From Clostridia bacterium (GTDB lineage: Bacteria > Bacillota > Clostridia > Christensenellales > UBA1242), in NCBI GenBank assembly GCA_045648025.1, contig JAZRNH010000045.1:6682-70681 (forward strand): 64,000 nt of DNA. The letters run 5' to 3'. A program made the position numbers and the translations under genes. Positions 18,905-28,044 of this stretch are shown piece by piece (within the stretch, counting starts at the first letter, position 1; every line of letters starts with the position of its first letter). The notes below the pieces were generated by a model. The model saw only the letters and a list, made by a program, of their open reading frames with translations. It made no database searches and was not told where the DNA came from.

Positions 18905-19480
18905 ATGACAGAAAATTATTTATTTGGAAATCCCGAAAATAAGAAATCTAGCAATGGTTGGCTAGTGATTGTGCTTTTAATACTTTCTTTTGTTTGGACA
19001 AGTTTATTCACAACAGCTTCGTCACTTACAAACTTGCTTTATTGGAATTTTGGTGATTTGTTAGATTTTGGTTCGGTAAACTTTGGCAGTGTTTTAACAA
19101 TGGTTTTTGCCGAAGCAATTAGTTATTGGATTGTTTTTGAAATTGTATTTTATTTGTATAGATATGTTTTGCAATTTAAAATATATTCATTTATTATTCC
19201 AAAGGAAAGATTGAAAATTGAATCAAGAACATACTTTATTTATAGAAATGTGTTTTATGGACTTTTCTTAAATTTATGTTTCTTGTTTCCATACCTTTAC
19301 ATTTTTGCACCGGTTGTGAGTTTAATTGCAACATTTGCGACTTTAATACTTTATTCAGTTCATTTAAACAAAACTTATGCTGAGCCAATTATTGGACATT
19401 TTGTGTTTAAAAACTTCTGTTTTCCAATTTTTGTTTATCAAGCAATCGTGTTGTTTATTGACATAATTGAGGTGCTATAA
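18905..19480 (+). CDS. hypothetical polytopic membrane protein (191 aa)
   Basis: About 5 hydrophobic helices. Tightly coupled to both neighbours: starts 2 nt after holA, and its stop overlaps the next ATG. Confidence 0.5.
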   Translation: MTENYLFGNPENKKSSNGWLVIVLLILSFVWTSLFTTASSLTNLLYWNFGDLLDFGSVNFGSVLTMVFAEAISYWIVFEIVFYLYRYVLQFKIYSFIIPKERLKIESRTYFIYRNVFYGLFLNLCFLFPYLYIFAPVVSLIATFATLILYSVHLNKTYAEPIIGHFVFKNFCFPIFVYQAIVLFIDIIEVL

Positions 19481-20913
19481 TGAAAAAGATTTTTAAAACA
19501 ATTATATTCGTGCTTGTTGCTGCAATTGTTTTGCCTGTATTTATGGCAAAACCAGTGACTATGGGTGAAGCAAATGCTGCAACTCCTGCAAGTCCAATTA
19601 TAAGTGCTTCTGACTTTGAAACTAACATAAATGGAATTTTAACAGATTTTTCAGTTTATAAAGACAGAACTCCTGGTTCTGTTGGTGAAAAAACCGCTTC
19701 GGAATATATTAGAAACTATTTAGTTGATAACACAGAGCTTCAAGCTGTTACAACAAAGCATTTTGAAAACGGAATTCAAACATTTCAATTTGAATCGTCA
19801 AATGCTGGTGGATATATAAATTCACAAAACATTGTATTTAGACTTGCCGCAACAACCGAAACAACAAAAAAGGTGATAATTGGTTGTCACTATGATGCTG
19901 TTGCTTATGATATGGATATGGCAAGTGAAAATTATGGCAAATTTGTTGATTCTGAATCACTTAACGGCAGTGCAGGAAATGTTGCAGTTTTGCTTTCACT
20001 TGCAAAGTATCTTCCAGCACAAAAAGATTTTGCAGTTGAATTTGTGTTCTTTGGTGCAGGTGAAGACAACAAAGCTGGTTCAAAATATTACACACAAGGA
20101 ATCAGCAAAGAAGATAAAAAGAATATTGTTTGTATGATTAATATAAATCAAGTTGCAATTGGTCAAAATTTGTATTTTTATATGAACGAAGTTGATACAA
20201 AAACAGCTGATTTTGTTGAAACCACAACTTATAATAGCAGAGTGGGAATCGAAAGAGTTTCAGTATCTCACTTGAACAAAATGTTACTTTCTGAGCCAAA
20301 TGAACTTGGTCTTGATTATACCCATGTTGGATTAGATTCAGACAATATCAACTTTATGAGCGAAGGTATTGAAACAATTAATATCTTTGCAGGAAACTAT
20401 TCAGAAGGTATTATTATTGGAAGACAAGAGTTTTATGACTATGAACTTTTGACTTATACTGCAAATGATAATCTTGCTTATGTAAACGAAACATTCCCGG
20501 ATTTTTCGGTAGCTGCAAATCTTTATGAAACATTTAAGGCTGTAACAACAATTCTTTCAGCAGATTCTTTTGTTGCAACATTTGAAGCTGCTAAGGGAGG
20601 CACAAACTTCTTCTATAAAGTGTTTACAAACAAAAATTTGGTTTTATATTTAACTGCAATTGTATTTGTTTTATTTGTTATTATTGCAATGTATGTTTAT
20701 TATAAACTTTCAATTAAAGCTTATTATGCAAATGTGGAAGTTGAATTCTTGTCTTCGGTTGTAAAGATTTCTGATGAGCTTGATAAAACAGGAAAAGATG
20801 ATTCTGTTGCAAAGGTTGTAAGTCAAGTTATTGCAAATGATATCAAAAAAGACAAAGTTATCAAAGTTAAGCCATCAAAAGATGATAAAAAAGATGAAAA
20901 TGACAAAAAATAA
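19480..20913 (+). CDS. secreted/anchored M28-like aminopeptidase
   Basis: Signal peptide, then IIGCHYDAV and VFFGAGEDNKAGSKYY blocks resembling M28 Zn ligands. C-terminal TM helix plus a Lys/Asp-rich tail. Hairpin terminator at ~20916-20945. Confidence 0.55.
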   Translation: MKKIFKTIIFVLVAAIVLPVFMAKPVTMGEANAATPASPIISASDFETNINGILTDFSVYKDRTPGSVGEKTASEYIRNYLVDNTELQAVTTKHFENGIQTFQFESSNAGGYINSQNIVFRLAATTETTKKVIIGCHYDAVAYDMDMASENYGKFVDSESLNGSAGNVAVLLSLAKYLPAQKDFAVEFVFFGAGEDNKAGSKYYTQGISKEDKKNIVCMININQVAIGQNLYFYMNEVDTKTADFVETTTYNSRVGIERVSVSHLNKMLLSEPNELGLDYTHVGLDSDNINFMSEGIETINIFAGNYSEGIIIGRQEFYDYELLTYTANDNLAYVNETFPDFSVAANLYETFKAVTTILSADSFVATFEAAKGGTNFFYKVFTNKNLVLYLTAIVFVLFVIIAMYVYYKLSIKAYYANVEVEFLSSVVKISDELDKTGKDDSVAKVVSQVIANDIKKDKVIKVKPSKDDKKDENDKK

Positions 20914-21023
20914 AGACTTGAAAATTTTCAAGTCTTTTTTATTTGAATATAAAAGAGTAGGGTGTATATTTTATTTTAAAAATAAAAAACAGAACCATTA
21001 AGGTTCTGTTTTTTTTTCACTAA

Positions 21024-21302
21024 TTAATTTTTAGCTTCATTTTTGAGTTTAGTAAGCTCAATAGAAAGATTAGCTTTTTTGTTATTAGCTTTATTTTTAT
21101 GAATAATTCCTCTTGAAGCTTCTTCATCAATTTTAGAGAAAGTTTCAGGAAGCAATTTTTCAGCTAATTCAACATCTTTATCTGCGATAGCTTTGTTAAA
21201 TTTCTTTATAACAGTTGCAAGTTCGCTTCTTTCACTCTTGTTACGAGCATTATTTCTAATAGCTACTTGTTCTCTTTTCTTTGCTGATTTAATAATTGGC
21301 AT
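21024..21302 (-). CDS. rpsT: 30S ribosomal protein S20
   Basis: MPIIKSAKKREQVAIRNNARNKSERS... is a canonical S20 N-terminus. AAGGAG RBS precedes the ATG at 21302. The longer ORF to 21374 overlaps murI and is rejected. Confidence 0.9.
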   Translation of the reverse strand: MPIIKSAKKREQVAIRNNARNKSERSELATVIKKFNKAIADKDVELAEKLLPETFSKIDEEASRGIIHKNKANNKKANLSIELTKLKNEAKN

Positions 21303-21351
21303 ATAAATTTGCTCCTTTGCAATATTACTAGACCCAATTTTAGCATAGATT

Positions 21352-22122
21352 TTATACTTTTGCAAGTATTTCATTAAATATTTTTTTATAAATTTCTTTA
21401 CTGGTTAAATTGCTGTCAGAAACTATAATTTTTAATGTTTGATTTTTGTTATTTGAATTAAGTAGTTTATCTTTATAATATGAGATTTGGTTTAAGACAC
21501 CATTTGTTCCATCAATGGTTGGTTTTTGAGTGATTTTTTCAATTTTTTCTTTAACAAAAATATAATGAGTACAGCCCAAAATGATGCAGTCAGAATTTCT
21601 GCAATAATAACAAATGTTATAAATATTTTTTTGTATAACAAAACTGTCCCACAATTGTTGGTGAGTGAAAAAATTTTCAATTGCTGTTGCAAATGTTTTT
21701 AACTTTAAACTAAAAATTTTAATAGGGGTTTTGGCTGTTAAATTCTTATATTTTTGCTGTTTGATGGTTGTTGGGGTGGCAATCACCATAGCAGATTCAA
21801 AATGCTTTTTATGAGCCAAATTTATTGCTGGTTCAGTGCCAATAAAACGAATATTAGTAAATGTTTTTCTAAGTTTTTCAATTGCAGCAGTAGTGGCTGT
21901 GTTACAAGCCAAAACAACAATTTTAATGTTATATTTTTTTAATAGATTTAAAAGTATATCTTGAATAAATTTATATATTTTTTCTTTTGAGTGAATTCCA
22001 TAAGGTGCATTTTTGTTGTCAGCAAAATATATATAATTTGATGGCAAATTTTTATATGCTTTACTGAGAATAGATAGTCCGCCAACACCACTATCTATAA
22101 CTAAAATATAATCTTTTTGCAT
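21352..22122 (-). CDS. murI: glutamate racemase
   Basis: VIDSGVGGLS, LACNTAT and LGCTHY (two catalytic Cys) motifs. Confidence 0.85.
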   Translation of the reverse strand: MQKDYILVIDSGVGGLSILSKAYKNLPSNYIYFADNKNAPYGIHSKEKIYKFIQDILLNLLKKYNIKIVVLACNTATTAAIEKLRKTFTNIRFIGTEPAINLAHKKHFESAMVIATPTTIKQQKYKNLTAKTPIKIFSLKLKTFATAIENFFTHQQLWDSFVIQKNIYNICYYCRNSDCIILGCTHYIFVKEKIEKITQKPTIDGTNGVLNQISYYKDKLLNSNNKNQTLKIIVSDSNLTSKEIYKKIFNEILAKV

Positions 22123-22282
22123 ATTAAAGTATATGCTAAAAGCTGTAAAAATGGGTGAGTTTTGGAATAATTTGGGGTGATTTGAAACAACTTTCTTAAT
22201 TGATGATATTCTGTGCCGCTCTGAGACCGTTTTTGAAAATTTAAATGAATAATTGTTCGTTTAAATTTGATGGTTTTTGTAA

Positions 22283-22316
22283 CAAAAAAAACACATTAGA
22301 TAGTTGTCTAATGTGT
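22283..22316 (-). terminator. rho-independent terminator ending the virD4-surface protein operon
   Basis: Stem ACACATTAGA/TCTAATGTGT (22291-22316) followed on the minus strand by a T8 run (plus-strand A-run 22283-22290), 8 nt after the stop at 22324. Confidence 0.6.
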
Positions 22317-22323
22317 TTGATTT

Positions 22324-24597
22324 TTATCTTGTAGCAACTTTTCCTCTTGCTTTCATTACGAAAAGAATAATAACTGCTGCAATGATTGATGATAATACAA
22401 CAAGCACGATAGCAGACATATTCATTTGTTTTTTGAAAACAAATGTGGCTTCGGCTTCTGTTCCCATTGAGTCGACGGCTCTTACATGATAAGTGCCATA
22501 TTCGGTTCTATCAATTGTACTATTGCCATTTTCTGAATTTAACATAATGATTTCAGTAACACCATTATATGTTAAATAAACAGTGATATCACCAACACCT
22601 TGTATATTGAGATATACACCTGGTGGAACCTTTTCATCTTCTTTTGCAGGAATTGGTTCATATTCGTTAATTTCAACTCTCTTTACACCAAATTTAACTT
22701 GAAAACGGTTAATATAAGTTTTTTCAAGAGTGATAGGTGGTTCTTCTTCAGCTGAAGAAGAGAATTTAACGGTAAGGTTAATATTAGATTCGATTTTTGT
22801 TCTATAATCTTTTATGTCGGTTTTAAATGGTGTAGTTGCTTCAAATGCATTACCTTCATGTCTGAAAGTTGTTTTCGCATGTTTTATGATTGTAAACAAA
22901 TAATTAATTGGTTCGTCTGTTTCTTGTTTTGGATTGATGATGATTTGATAAAAAGCATCGGTTTCATATTCAAGAATGAAATCATTGTTGACCAATGCTG
23001 CTTGAATTTCTTCAACAGTATAAACCTTTTCAACGGTTTCAACATGGTCGATACCAAAGTCTGCCATTCTGACAGTAATATTGCTGATAACATCAGAAAG
23101 TAAGATATCATTGCCACCGGCATCTTTTCCAAAATCACCAAGGTTTTTAAATGTGATTCTAACGGTTTTGTTTACGGTTGAACTGCTAACAATATATTCA
23201 TCAGGAACAAGTTCAACCGGACCAGTTTCAACTTCTTCTTTTTCTGATTCTGAAGTTGTGCCGTCAGTATTTTCATCGGTTTCTGTTTCAACAGAAGTGT
23301 CAATTTCTGGCAATTTTTCTGTTAATGTTTGTGCAACAATATAAATGTTTGAAAATGGTGAAACCAACTCAGATTCTGATTTGATAAAGAATGATGTTGA
23401 ATAATAATTTGCATTATTCATACCAAGAAGGTGAGTTGAGTCATAAAGTTCAATTGAATATCTGCCAGTGTTTTTGAAAATAAATGAAAATTCATTAGTG
23501 TTTCCACTGCCAGCATCATAGGCAAGAACTTTTCTGTCAATCATTGGATTTTTTGTAACCGCATCATAAATAATTTCTTTGTTTGAATCAAGTTTAAATG
23601 AGGTTGCAAGTTGACGGCTATTATTATAAACAATTTCTTCTGTTACAGAAGAATATTCATCAATATAGTTAACAAATAGCAAGTTTTCGCCGTTATAAAC
23701 TTTTGAAAATAATTTATAGTTATAGACAAATCCGTTAAAGTTGATATTGAAGTAAAGTGGATTGCCTTCGGTGTAGTTGTTGTTTATGAAAGATACTTGA
23801 AGTTTGTCAAAAACATCATCTAAAGGAAGGGCTTTTTCTGGTGGATATGGGTTGCCGCCACCATCTGTTTTGTATGTGTTAAACATAACAATTGGTTCAG
23901 TTAAATTAAAGAAATTTACAACTGGCTTTTGGAAATTGATAACATATTCAATTGTTGTGTATATTGATTGTCTGATAGAAAATTCAAATGAACAACTGTC
24001 AGTTGCTTCGTTTGCAGAATTCACAAATCCAGTTTCTTTTGTTGTGTATGATTTTGTAAGGAAAATCTTAAGTGTTCCATCAACAGAGTCGTCATATTTA
24101 ACAAGTGAAGAGTTGTTGCTATCAACAATTGATATTGATTTTGATGGGTTTGTGAAGATGTATAAAATTGTATTTTCAATTTCCCAATAATATGTGATTC
24201 CGTTATATTCAAAACTAGGAGGGAGCTGTTCAGTAACTTCATCTTTTGTTAAAACGATTTCATCTTTAACTTCAAAAAAGTTAGTGATTGTGTTTGAATC
24301 ATTTAAGACTTTAATATTTGAAGCAAGTGGATTAAGAGTGATGGTTACCGATTTGTTTGTGATAACATAGGTAACTTCTTTTTTCTCTTCATCAACTATT
24401 GTTTGAAGTTTTTCACTATCAATTGGTTGACCTGCTTGTGATAAAGTTACATAACGAAAAGCATCAGCTTTGTATTCGATGTTACTAAAATCCGCTGATG
24501 ATGATTCGTCTGTTTTTGGCTGCATCAAAAAGCAACACAATGCAGCCACAGAAACGATTGATAATACAAAAATTAATATCTTTTTAAATTTTTTCAT
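22324..24597 (-). CDS. 757-aa surface protein with N-terminal signal/anchor and C-terminal TM anchor (candidate adhesin/outer component of the T4SS-like locus)
   Basis: N-terminal KKFKKILIFVLSIVSVAALCCF and C-terminal SAIVLVVLSSIIAAVIILFVMKARGK. Acidic Thr/Glu linker (TSVETETDENTDGTTSESEKEEVETGP) between two beta-rich halves. Ig-like strand YHVRAVDSMGTEAEATFVF. No LPXTG. Lies 43 nt downstream of virD4 with an AAGGAA RBS. Confidence 0.6.
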   Translation of the reverse strand: MKKFKKILIFVLSIVSVAALCCFLMQPKTDESSSADFSNIEYKADAFRYVTLSQAGQPIDSEKLQTIVDEEKKEVTYVITNKSVTITLNPLASNIKVLNDSNTITNFFEVKDEIVLTKDEVTEQLPPSFEYNGITYYWEIENTILYIFTNPSKSISIVDSNNSSLVKYDDSVDGTLKIFLTKSYTTKETGFVNSANEATDSCSFEFSIRQSIYTTIEYVINFQKPVVNFFNLTEPIVMFNTYKTDGGGNPYPPEKALPLDDVFDKLQVSFINNNYTEGNPLYFNINFNGFVYNYKLFSKVYNGENLLFVNYIDEYSSVTEEIVYNNSRQLATSFKLDSNKEIIYDAVTKNPMIDRKVLAYDAGSGNTNEFSFIFKNTGRYSIELYDSTHLLGMNNANYYSTSFFIKSESELVSPFSNIYIVAQTLTEKLPEIDTSVETETDENTDGTTSESEKEEVETGPVELVPDEYIVSSSTVNKTVRITFKNLGDFGKDAGGNDILLSDVISNITVRMADFGIDHVETVEKVYTVEEIQAALVNNDFILEYETDAFYQIIINPKQETDEPINYLFTIIKHAKTTFRHEGNAFEATTPFKTDIKDYRTKIESNINLTVKFSSSAEEEPPITLEKTYINRFQVKFGVKRVEINEYEPIPAKEDEKVPPGVYLNIQGVGDITVYLTYNGVTEIIMLNSENGNSTIDRTEYGTYHVRAVDSMGTEAEATFVFKKQMNMSAIVLVVLSSIIAAVIILFVMKARGKVATR

Positions 24598-24640
24598 TGA
24601 TAAATTTCCTTGAAAATTTTATTTAAAAATTAATAATAGA

Positions 24641-26605
24641 TTAGTCAGAGAAGTCATCATTATTAAGAACAATGCTGTTTCTTCTTCTAATATCATAATA
24701 AACTTCGCTTTCTTTAAATGTTCTTCCAGGAACAAATTCTGCAGGAACACAACCAATTTGATAAAGGTCTAATGTTTTGAAGTATGGTGTAACAATTGCC
24801 TTGCAAGGATATTGTTGGAAGTTGTTTGTAATGTTTTGACCAAGAGGAATCTTGTCAAGTTGTGAAGGGTGAATAAGTGGAACTTGTTGAAGGGAAGTGC
24901 TGGTTGAAGAAGTGCTTGATTCTTTGCCTTTTCCTTCGTTTTTGGTTTTTGAGTCAACTTCGATTGTGTGGTTTCCAAGTTCTTTTGAGAATTCTTCACG
25001 GGTTTTAAGGTCAGGGGTTCCATAGAAAAGTGTGGCACGGCATTGACCTCTAACGATTTCAGCAACTTCTTTGCCGTAAACATCGTCAAGCTGTGAGTAA
25101 GATTGGATAGCCATATTAAGGAAAATCCATCTAGATCTCGCAACGGTAATAATTCTGTTTAAGCCTTCAATTTTAGGCATATTCGCAAATTCGTCGAGGA
25201 TGTAGAAAAGTGGTCTTTTAAGGTGAGCCATTTTGTCGCTATTTACAAGTTCATTTTCTCTCGCTTTTTGAACGAATTCTTTATAAGATTGTGAAATACA
25301 AACAGATGCAAGTTTATATCTGGTTGCTCTTTCATCAGGAATTTTAATGAAGAAAGCTGTTGGCTTATCGTCAAATTCTGTAAATCTGATATCGTTTTCA
25401 GAAGTTAAATAACAGATACCGTTATCAGAGAAGATTGAAAGGTTTGTTGTAAGTGATGACATATAACCGTCACGAGTAACGGTTGCTTTTGTTTGAGTGA
25501 TGTTGGTTGAAAGTTCTTTTGATTTTGAAAGAGGATCTCTTCCAGAGAAATAATCTTTAACAACTTCATAGTCGTCATCTTTGTTCATTGCAATTTTGAA
25601 AGCATTGAAGAAGTTGTATTTTTCTCTTGTCATTCCAAGAGCTTCATTTTCACTATCTTCAAGCATCGCAATCATACAAGCAAGGAAGTAGTCTCTTGCA
25701 CCATCGGTCCATTGTTTGTTTTTTGGATCTGGGTCAGATGGAACGATAGCACTTGCGATATCGTTTAAACTTTCCATACAGTCATCTTTGATTTTTTGTT
25801 TTTCTACATCAACTTCAACCAAAGTTTCACGAAGGGTAGAGAAGGCTTTGCCCATAAATTCATACCATTCAGAACTTTTGATTTCGCCGCCCTTTAAAAG
25901 GTTTGGATAGTTTTTAATAGGGTCGTTTGTGTGTTTTAAGATTTCTTCTTCAAGATGAGCTCTCTTTTGCCATTGAAGATAGATGTTTTCAAGTGGATTC
26001 CATCTCTTACTAGCATAAGGTTGGGTGAGGTCAAGTTGCAAAACGACATAGCCTTGGTTTTTGAGTTTTAAGCTATGGTGTGCATAAATTTCGCCTTTAG
26101 GGTCAGTGATAAAGAGAGATGGTCTGTTTTTAAGCTCAGACAAAATTTGCATGGTTGGTTCAACCCAACATGCAGTTTTACCAGTACCAGAAGCTCCTAC
26201 AATCAAGACATGACAGGCAGGTGTGAAGTGAATATGTAAGTTTCTTCTTTTATATTCAAATCTAAAAGGAATACCTGTAATGCTTAAATTTTTAAGTTCA
26301 GAAAACATACAGTTAGTGAAATTTTTGTTAAGCTCTTTCATACTAGCAAAGTGTTGATTTTCCATCGCACTTTTACCTTTGAGTTTGATATCTTTATCCT
26401 TGTTGGTAAGTGAAATAACATAGAATAAAAACATTACACCAAAAATAATGAGAGCATAAGAAAGAGTTGTTGTGGAGGTGAGAGAAATTCCACCGCCATC
26501 AAGAAAGTAATTGAGTGCTACACCACCGGCAAGGGAGATGACAAGCATAAATAATGTTACAACTAAAAAACTTGTAAAACCACCAGATGATTTTTCTTCA
26601 GACAT
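24641..26605 (-). CDS. virD4: type IV coupling protein (VirD4/TraG family ATPase)
   Basis: Two N-terminal TM helices. Walker A VGASGTGKT (nt 26174-26197), FITDPKGE, Walker B FYILDEFANMP, and the RSRWIFLNMAIQSYSQLDDVYG block. All are typical of TraG/VirD4. Confidence 0.85.
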   Translation of the reverse strand: MSEEKSSGGFTSFLVVTLFMLVISLAGGVALNYFLDGGGISLTSTTTLSYALIIFGVMFLFYVISLTNKDKDIKLKGKSAMENQHFASMKELNKNFTNCMFSELKNLSITGIPFRFEYKRRNLHIHFTPACHVLIVGASGTGKTACWVEPTMQILSELKNRPSLFITDPKGEIYAHHSLKLKNQGYVVLQLDLTQPYASKRWNPLENIYLQWQKRAHLEEEILKHTNDPIKNYPNLLKGGEIKSSEWYEFMGKAFSTLRETLVEVDVEKQKIKDDCMESLNDIASAIVPSDPDPKNKQWTDGARDYFLACMIAMLEDSENEALGMTREKYNFFNAFKIAMNKDDDYEVVKDYFSGRDPLSKSKELSTNITQTKATVTRDGYMSSLTTNLSIFSDNGICYLTSENDIRFTEFDDKPTAFFIKIPDERATRYKLASVCISQSYKEFVQKARENELVNSDKMAHLKRPLFYILDEFANMPKIEGLNRIITVARSRWIFLNMAIQSYSQLDDVYGKEVAEIVRGQCRATLFYGTPDLKTREEFSKELGNHTIEVDSKTKNEGKGKESSTSSTSTSLQQVPLIHPSQLDKIPLGQNITNNFQQYPCKAIVTPYFKTLDLYQIGCVPAEFVPGRTFKESEVYYDIRRRNSIVLNNDDFSD

Positions 26606-26641
26606 AATAACTCCTTTTAAAAATACAATATATCAATTTGA

Positions 26642-26670
26642 ATTATAGCACAGCAATTTCAAATCTCCAA
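26642..26670 (-). promoter_or_regulatory. putative promoter of the virD4 operon
   Basis: On the minus strand: TTGGAG, 17-nt spacer, TGc-TATAAT (extended -10). About 35 nt upstream of the AAAGGAG RBS and ATG. Confidence 0.45.
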
Positions 26671-26849
26671 ACAAATAAAAATGATTTATAAAAGAAATAT
26701 TTATATTTATTATATATTTATAAAAATTTTGATAACTTTCAATAATGGTATAATAATGGCTAAATATTTGAAAATTTTACAAAATAAACGAAATTTTAAC
26801 CAAATGTAAAAATAAAATAAAAAAAATCTATTATTAGTGTAAAATTTGT

Positions 26850-26877
26850 TTGCAAAGTTTAAATTAATTGTGATAAT
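26850..26877 (+). promoter_or_regulatory. putative promoter of the first VirB2-like gene
   Basis: TTGCAA (26850-26855), 16-nt spacer, TGt-GATAAT (26872-26877). Confidence 0.4.
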
Positions 26878-26907
26878 ATTTGCTTATATAAGATTAGGTG
26901 GTTTGTT

Positions 26908-27222
26908 ATGATTGAAGCAATTAAACAACAATTATCAATGTTTTCATACTTGTCAGCGGGATCAGGTGACGAAGTTTTAAACCCTATTTATGAAGGTTTG
27001 TCTTTGGTTGGTCCTTATGCACTTTCGGTAGTTGCCGTTCTTAGTATCTTTTACGGTATCTTTTTGGGTGTTAAATATGCCCAAGCAGAAGATGAGGCAA
27101 CAAAAGCTAATATGCAAAAAACACTCATAAATTTCATTATTGGTGCGGTAACAGTCTGGGTTCTTTTGGCAGTTCTTTATGCAATTCGTGAACCTCTTGG
27201 CAGGTGGATTACCGCTGGTTAA
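26908..27222 (+). CDS. small two-TM hairpin membrane protein, VirB2/TrbC-pilin-like (paralogue 1)
   Basis: 104 aa. Two hydrophobic helices joined by the charged loop GVKYAQAEDEATKANMQKTL. AGGTGG RBS. Paralogous to 27393..27740. Confidence 0.5.
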   Translation: MIEAIKQQLSMFSYLSAGSGDEVLNPIYEGLSLVGPYALSVVAVLSIFYGIFLGVKYAQAEDEATKANMQKTLINFIIGAVTVWVLLAVLYAIREPLGRWITAG

Positions 27223-27318
27223 CTTTTGACTTAAATTGATTGAGTTAATTCAAATATTTTCCGAAATTTAGGCAAAATGAAAAAAAATAAAAAAATTGTA
27301 AAATTTGCTTTATTTTAT

Positions 27319-27347
27319 TTGCCAAATAAAAATTGGTGTGATACTAT
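27319..27347 (+). promoter_or_regulatory. putative promoter of the second VirB2-like gene
   Basis: TTGCCA (27319-27324), 17-nt spacer, TGa-TACTAT (27342-27347). Confidence 0.45.
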
Positions 27348-27392
27348 TAAGTCAGTCGATTAAGTAATTTTTAATTTAAAAAGGAGAAAATT

Positions 27393-27740
27393 ATGGAAAA
27401 ATTATTAAACATGGTTAGCTTTTTAGCAGAAGAATCTGAAATCGTAAGCGAAGCTTATGGTGCATTTATCAGAATCGTTAACATCGTTCTTCCAGTACTT
27501 ATGTCTATTCTTTTAGTTATCGGTATGTTCTATGGTATTCAACTTGGTGTTAAATATGCTAAAGCAGAAGAAGATGATGATAAGAAAAAAGCAAGAGGAC
27601 AACTTATCAATGTTATCGTTGGTATCCTTATTGCAATTCTCTTCGTAGCTATTGTTGAAATTGTATTGAACATGGACTTCGTTGCTAAATTATTCAGACA
27701 AGTTAAAGATACATACTCAGCTGCTACATCAGCATACTAA
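27393..27740 (+). CDS. small two-TM hairpin membrane protein, VirB2/TrbC-pilin-like (paralogue 2)
   Basis: 115 aa. Helix, then the loop GVKYAKAEEDDDKKKARGQL, then a second helix. AAAGGAGAA RBS. Codon usage looks highly expressed (ttc/atc/ggt/gct/ctt). Followed by two tandem terminators. Confidence 0.5.
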   Translation: MEKLLNMVSFLAEESEIVSEAYGAFIRIVNIVLPVLMSILLVIGMFYGIQLGVKYAKAEEDDDKKKARGQLINVIVGILIAILFVAIVEIVLNMDFVAKLFRQVKDTYSAATSAY

Positions 27741-27750
27741 TAAAAAAAAT

Positions 27751-27780
27751 AAAAACACGAAGCAATTCGTGTTTTTATTT
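27751..27780 (+). terminator. rho-independent terminator 1 after VirB2-like gene 2
   Basis: Stem AAAAACACGAA/TTCGTGTTTTT with GCAA loop and a T-run. Confidence 0.65.
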
Positions 27781-27805
27781 TGCAAAAAATTACATAATTT
27801 TTAAG

Positions 27806-27837
27806 AAAAACAGCCAGTGAATTTTGGCTGTTTTTTT
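27806..27837 (+). terminator. rho-independent terminator 2 (tandem)
   Basis: Stem AAAAACAGCCA/TGGCTGTTTTT followed by T7. Confidence 0.65.
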
Positions 27838-27907
27838 ATTTGTTTAAATTATATTTAAAAAGTTTGAAAAAAAATAAAAAATAATGTTACAAATTGAAGT
27901 TATTCGT

Positions 27908-27937
27908 TTGTGTATTTGATTCTTGCTATGTTATAAT
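27908..27937 (+). promoter_or_regulatory. putative promoter of the 4301-aa gene
   Basis: TTGTGT, 18-nt spacer, TGt-TATAAT (27932-27937). About 105 nt upstream of the ATG. Confidence 0.4.
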
Positions 27938-28044
27938 ATACTCGTTAAATTATATATATTATAAGTCGCTCTTAAATTTTAAAATTTTTACTAAAAACAA
28001 TTTGTTTTGCAAAAACTAAATTTAAACGACATTTTGGGGGAATT

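Noticed and set aside
21303-21374. N-terminal extensions suggested by the ORF track: rpsT to 21374, spmA to 5945, SDR from 11742, clpP from 63332, greA from 1145
   Set aside because: In each case an internal ATG preceded by a GGAG-type RBS gives the canonical family N-terminus. The extension would also overlap a neighbouring gene or a promoter.
27277-27366. 29-aa ORF (MKKNKKIVKFALFYLPNKNWCDTIKSVD) between the two VirB2-like genes, and a 17-aa ORF at 26757..26810
   Set aside because: There is no convincing RBS, and the sequences coincide with the A-tract and promoter elements. More likely regulatory DNA than peptides.
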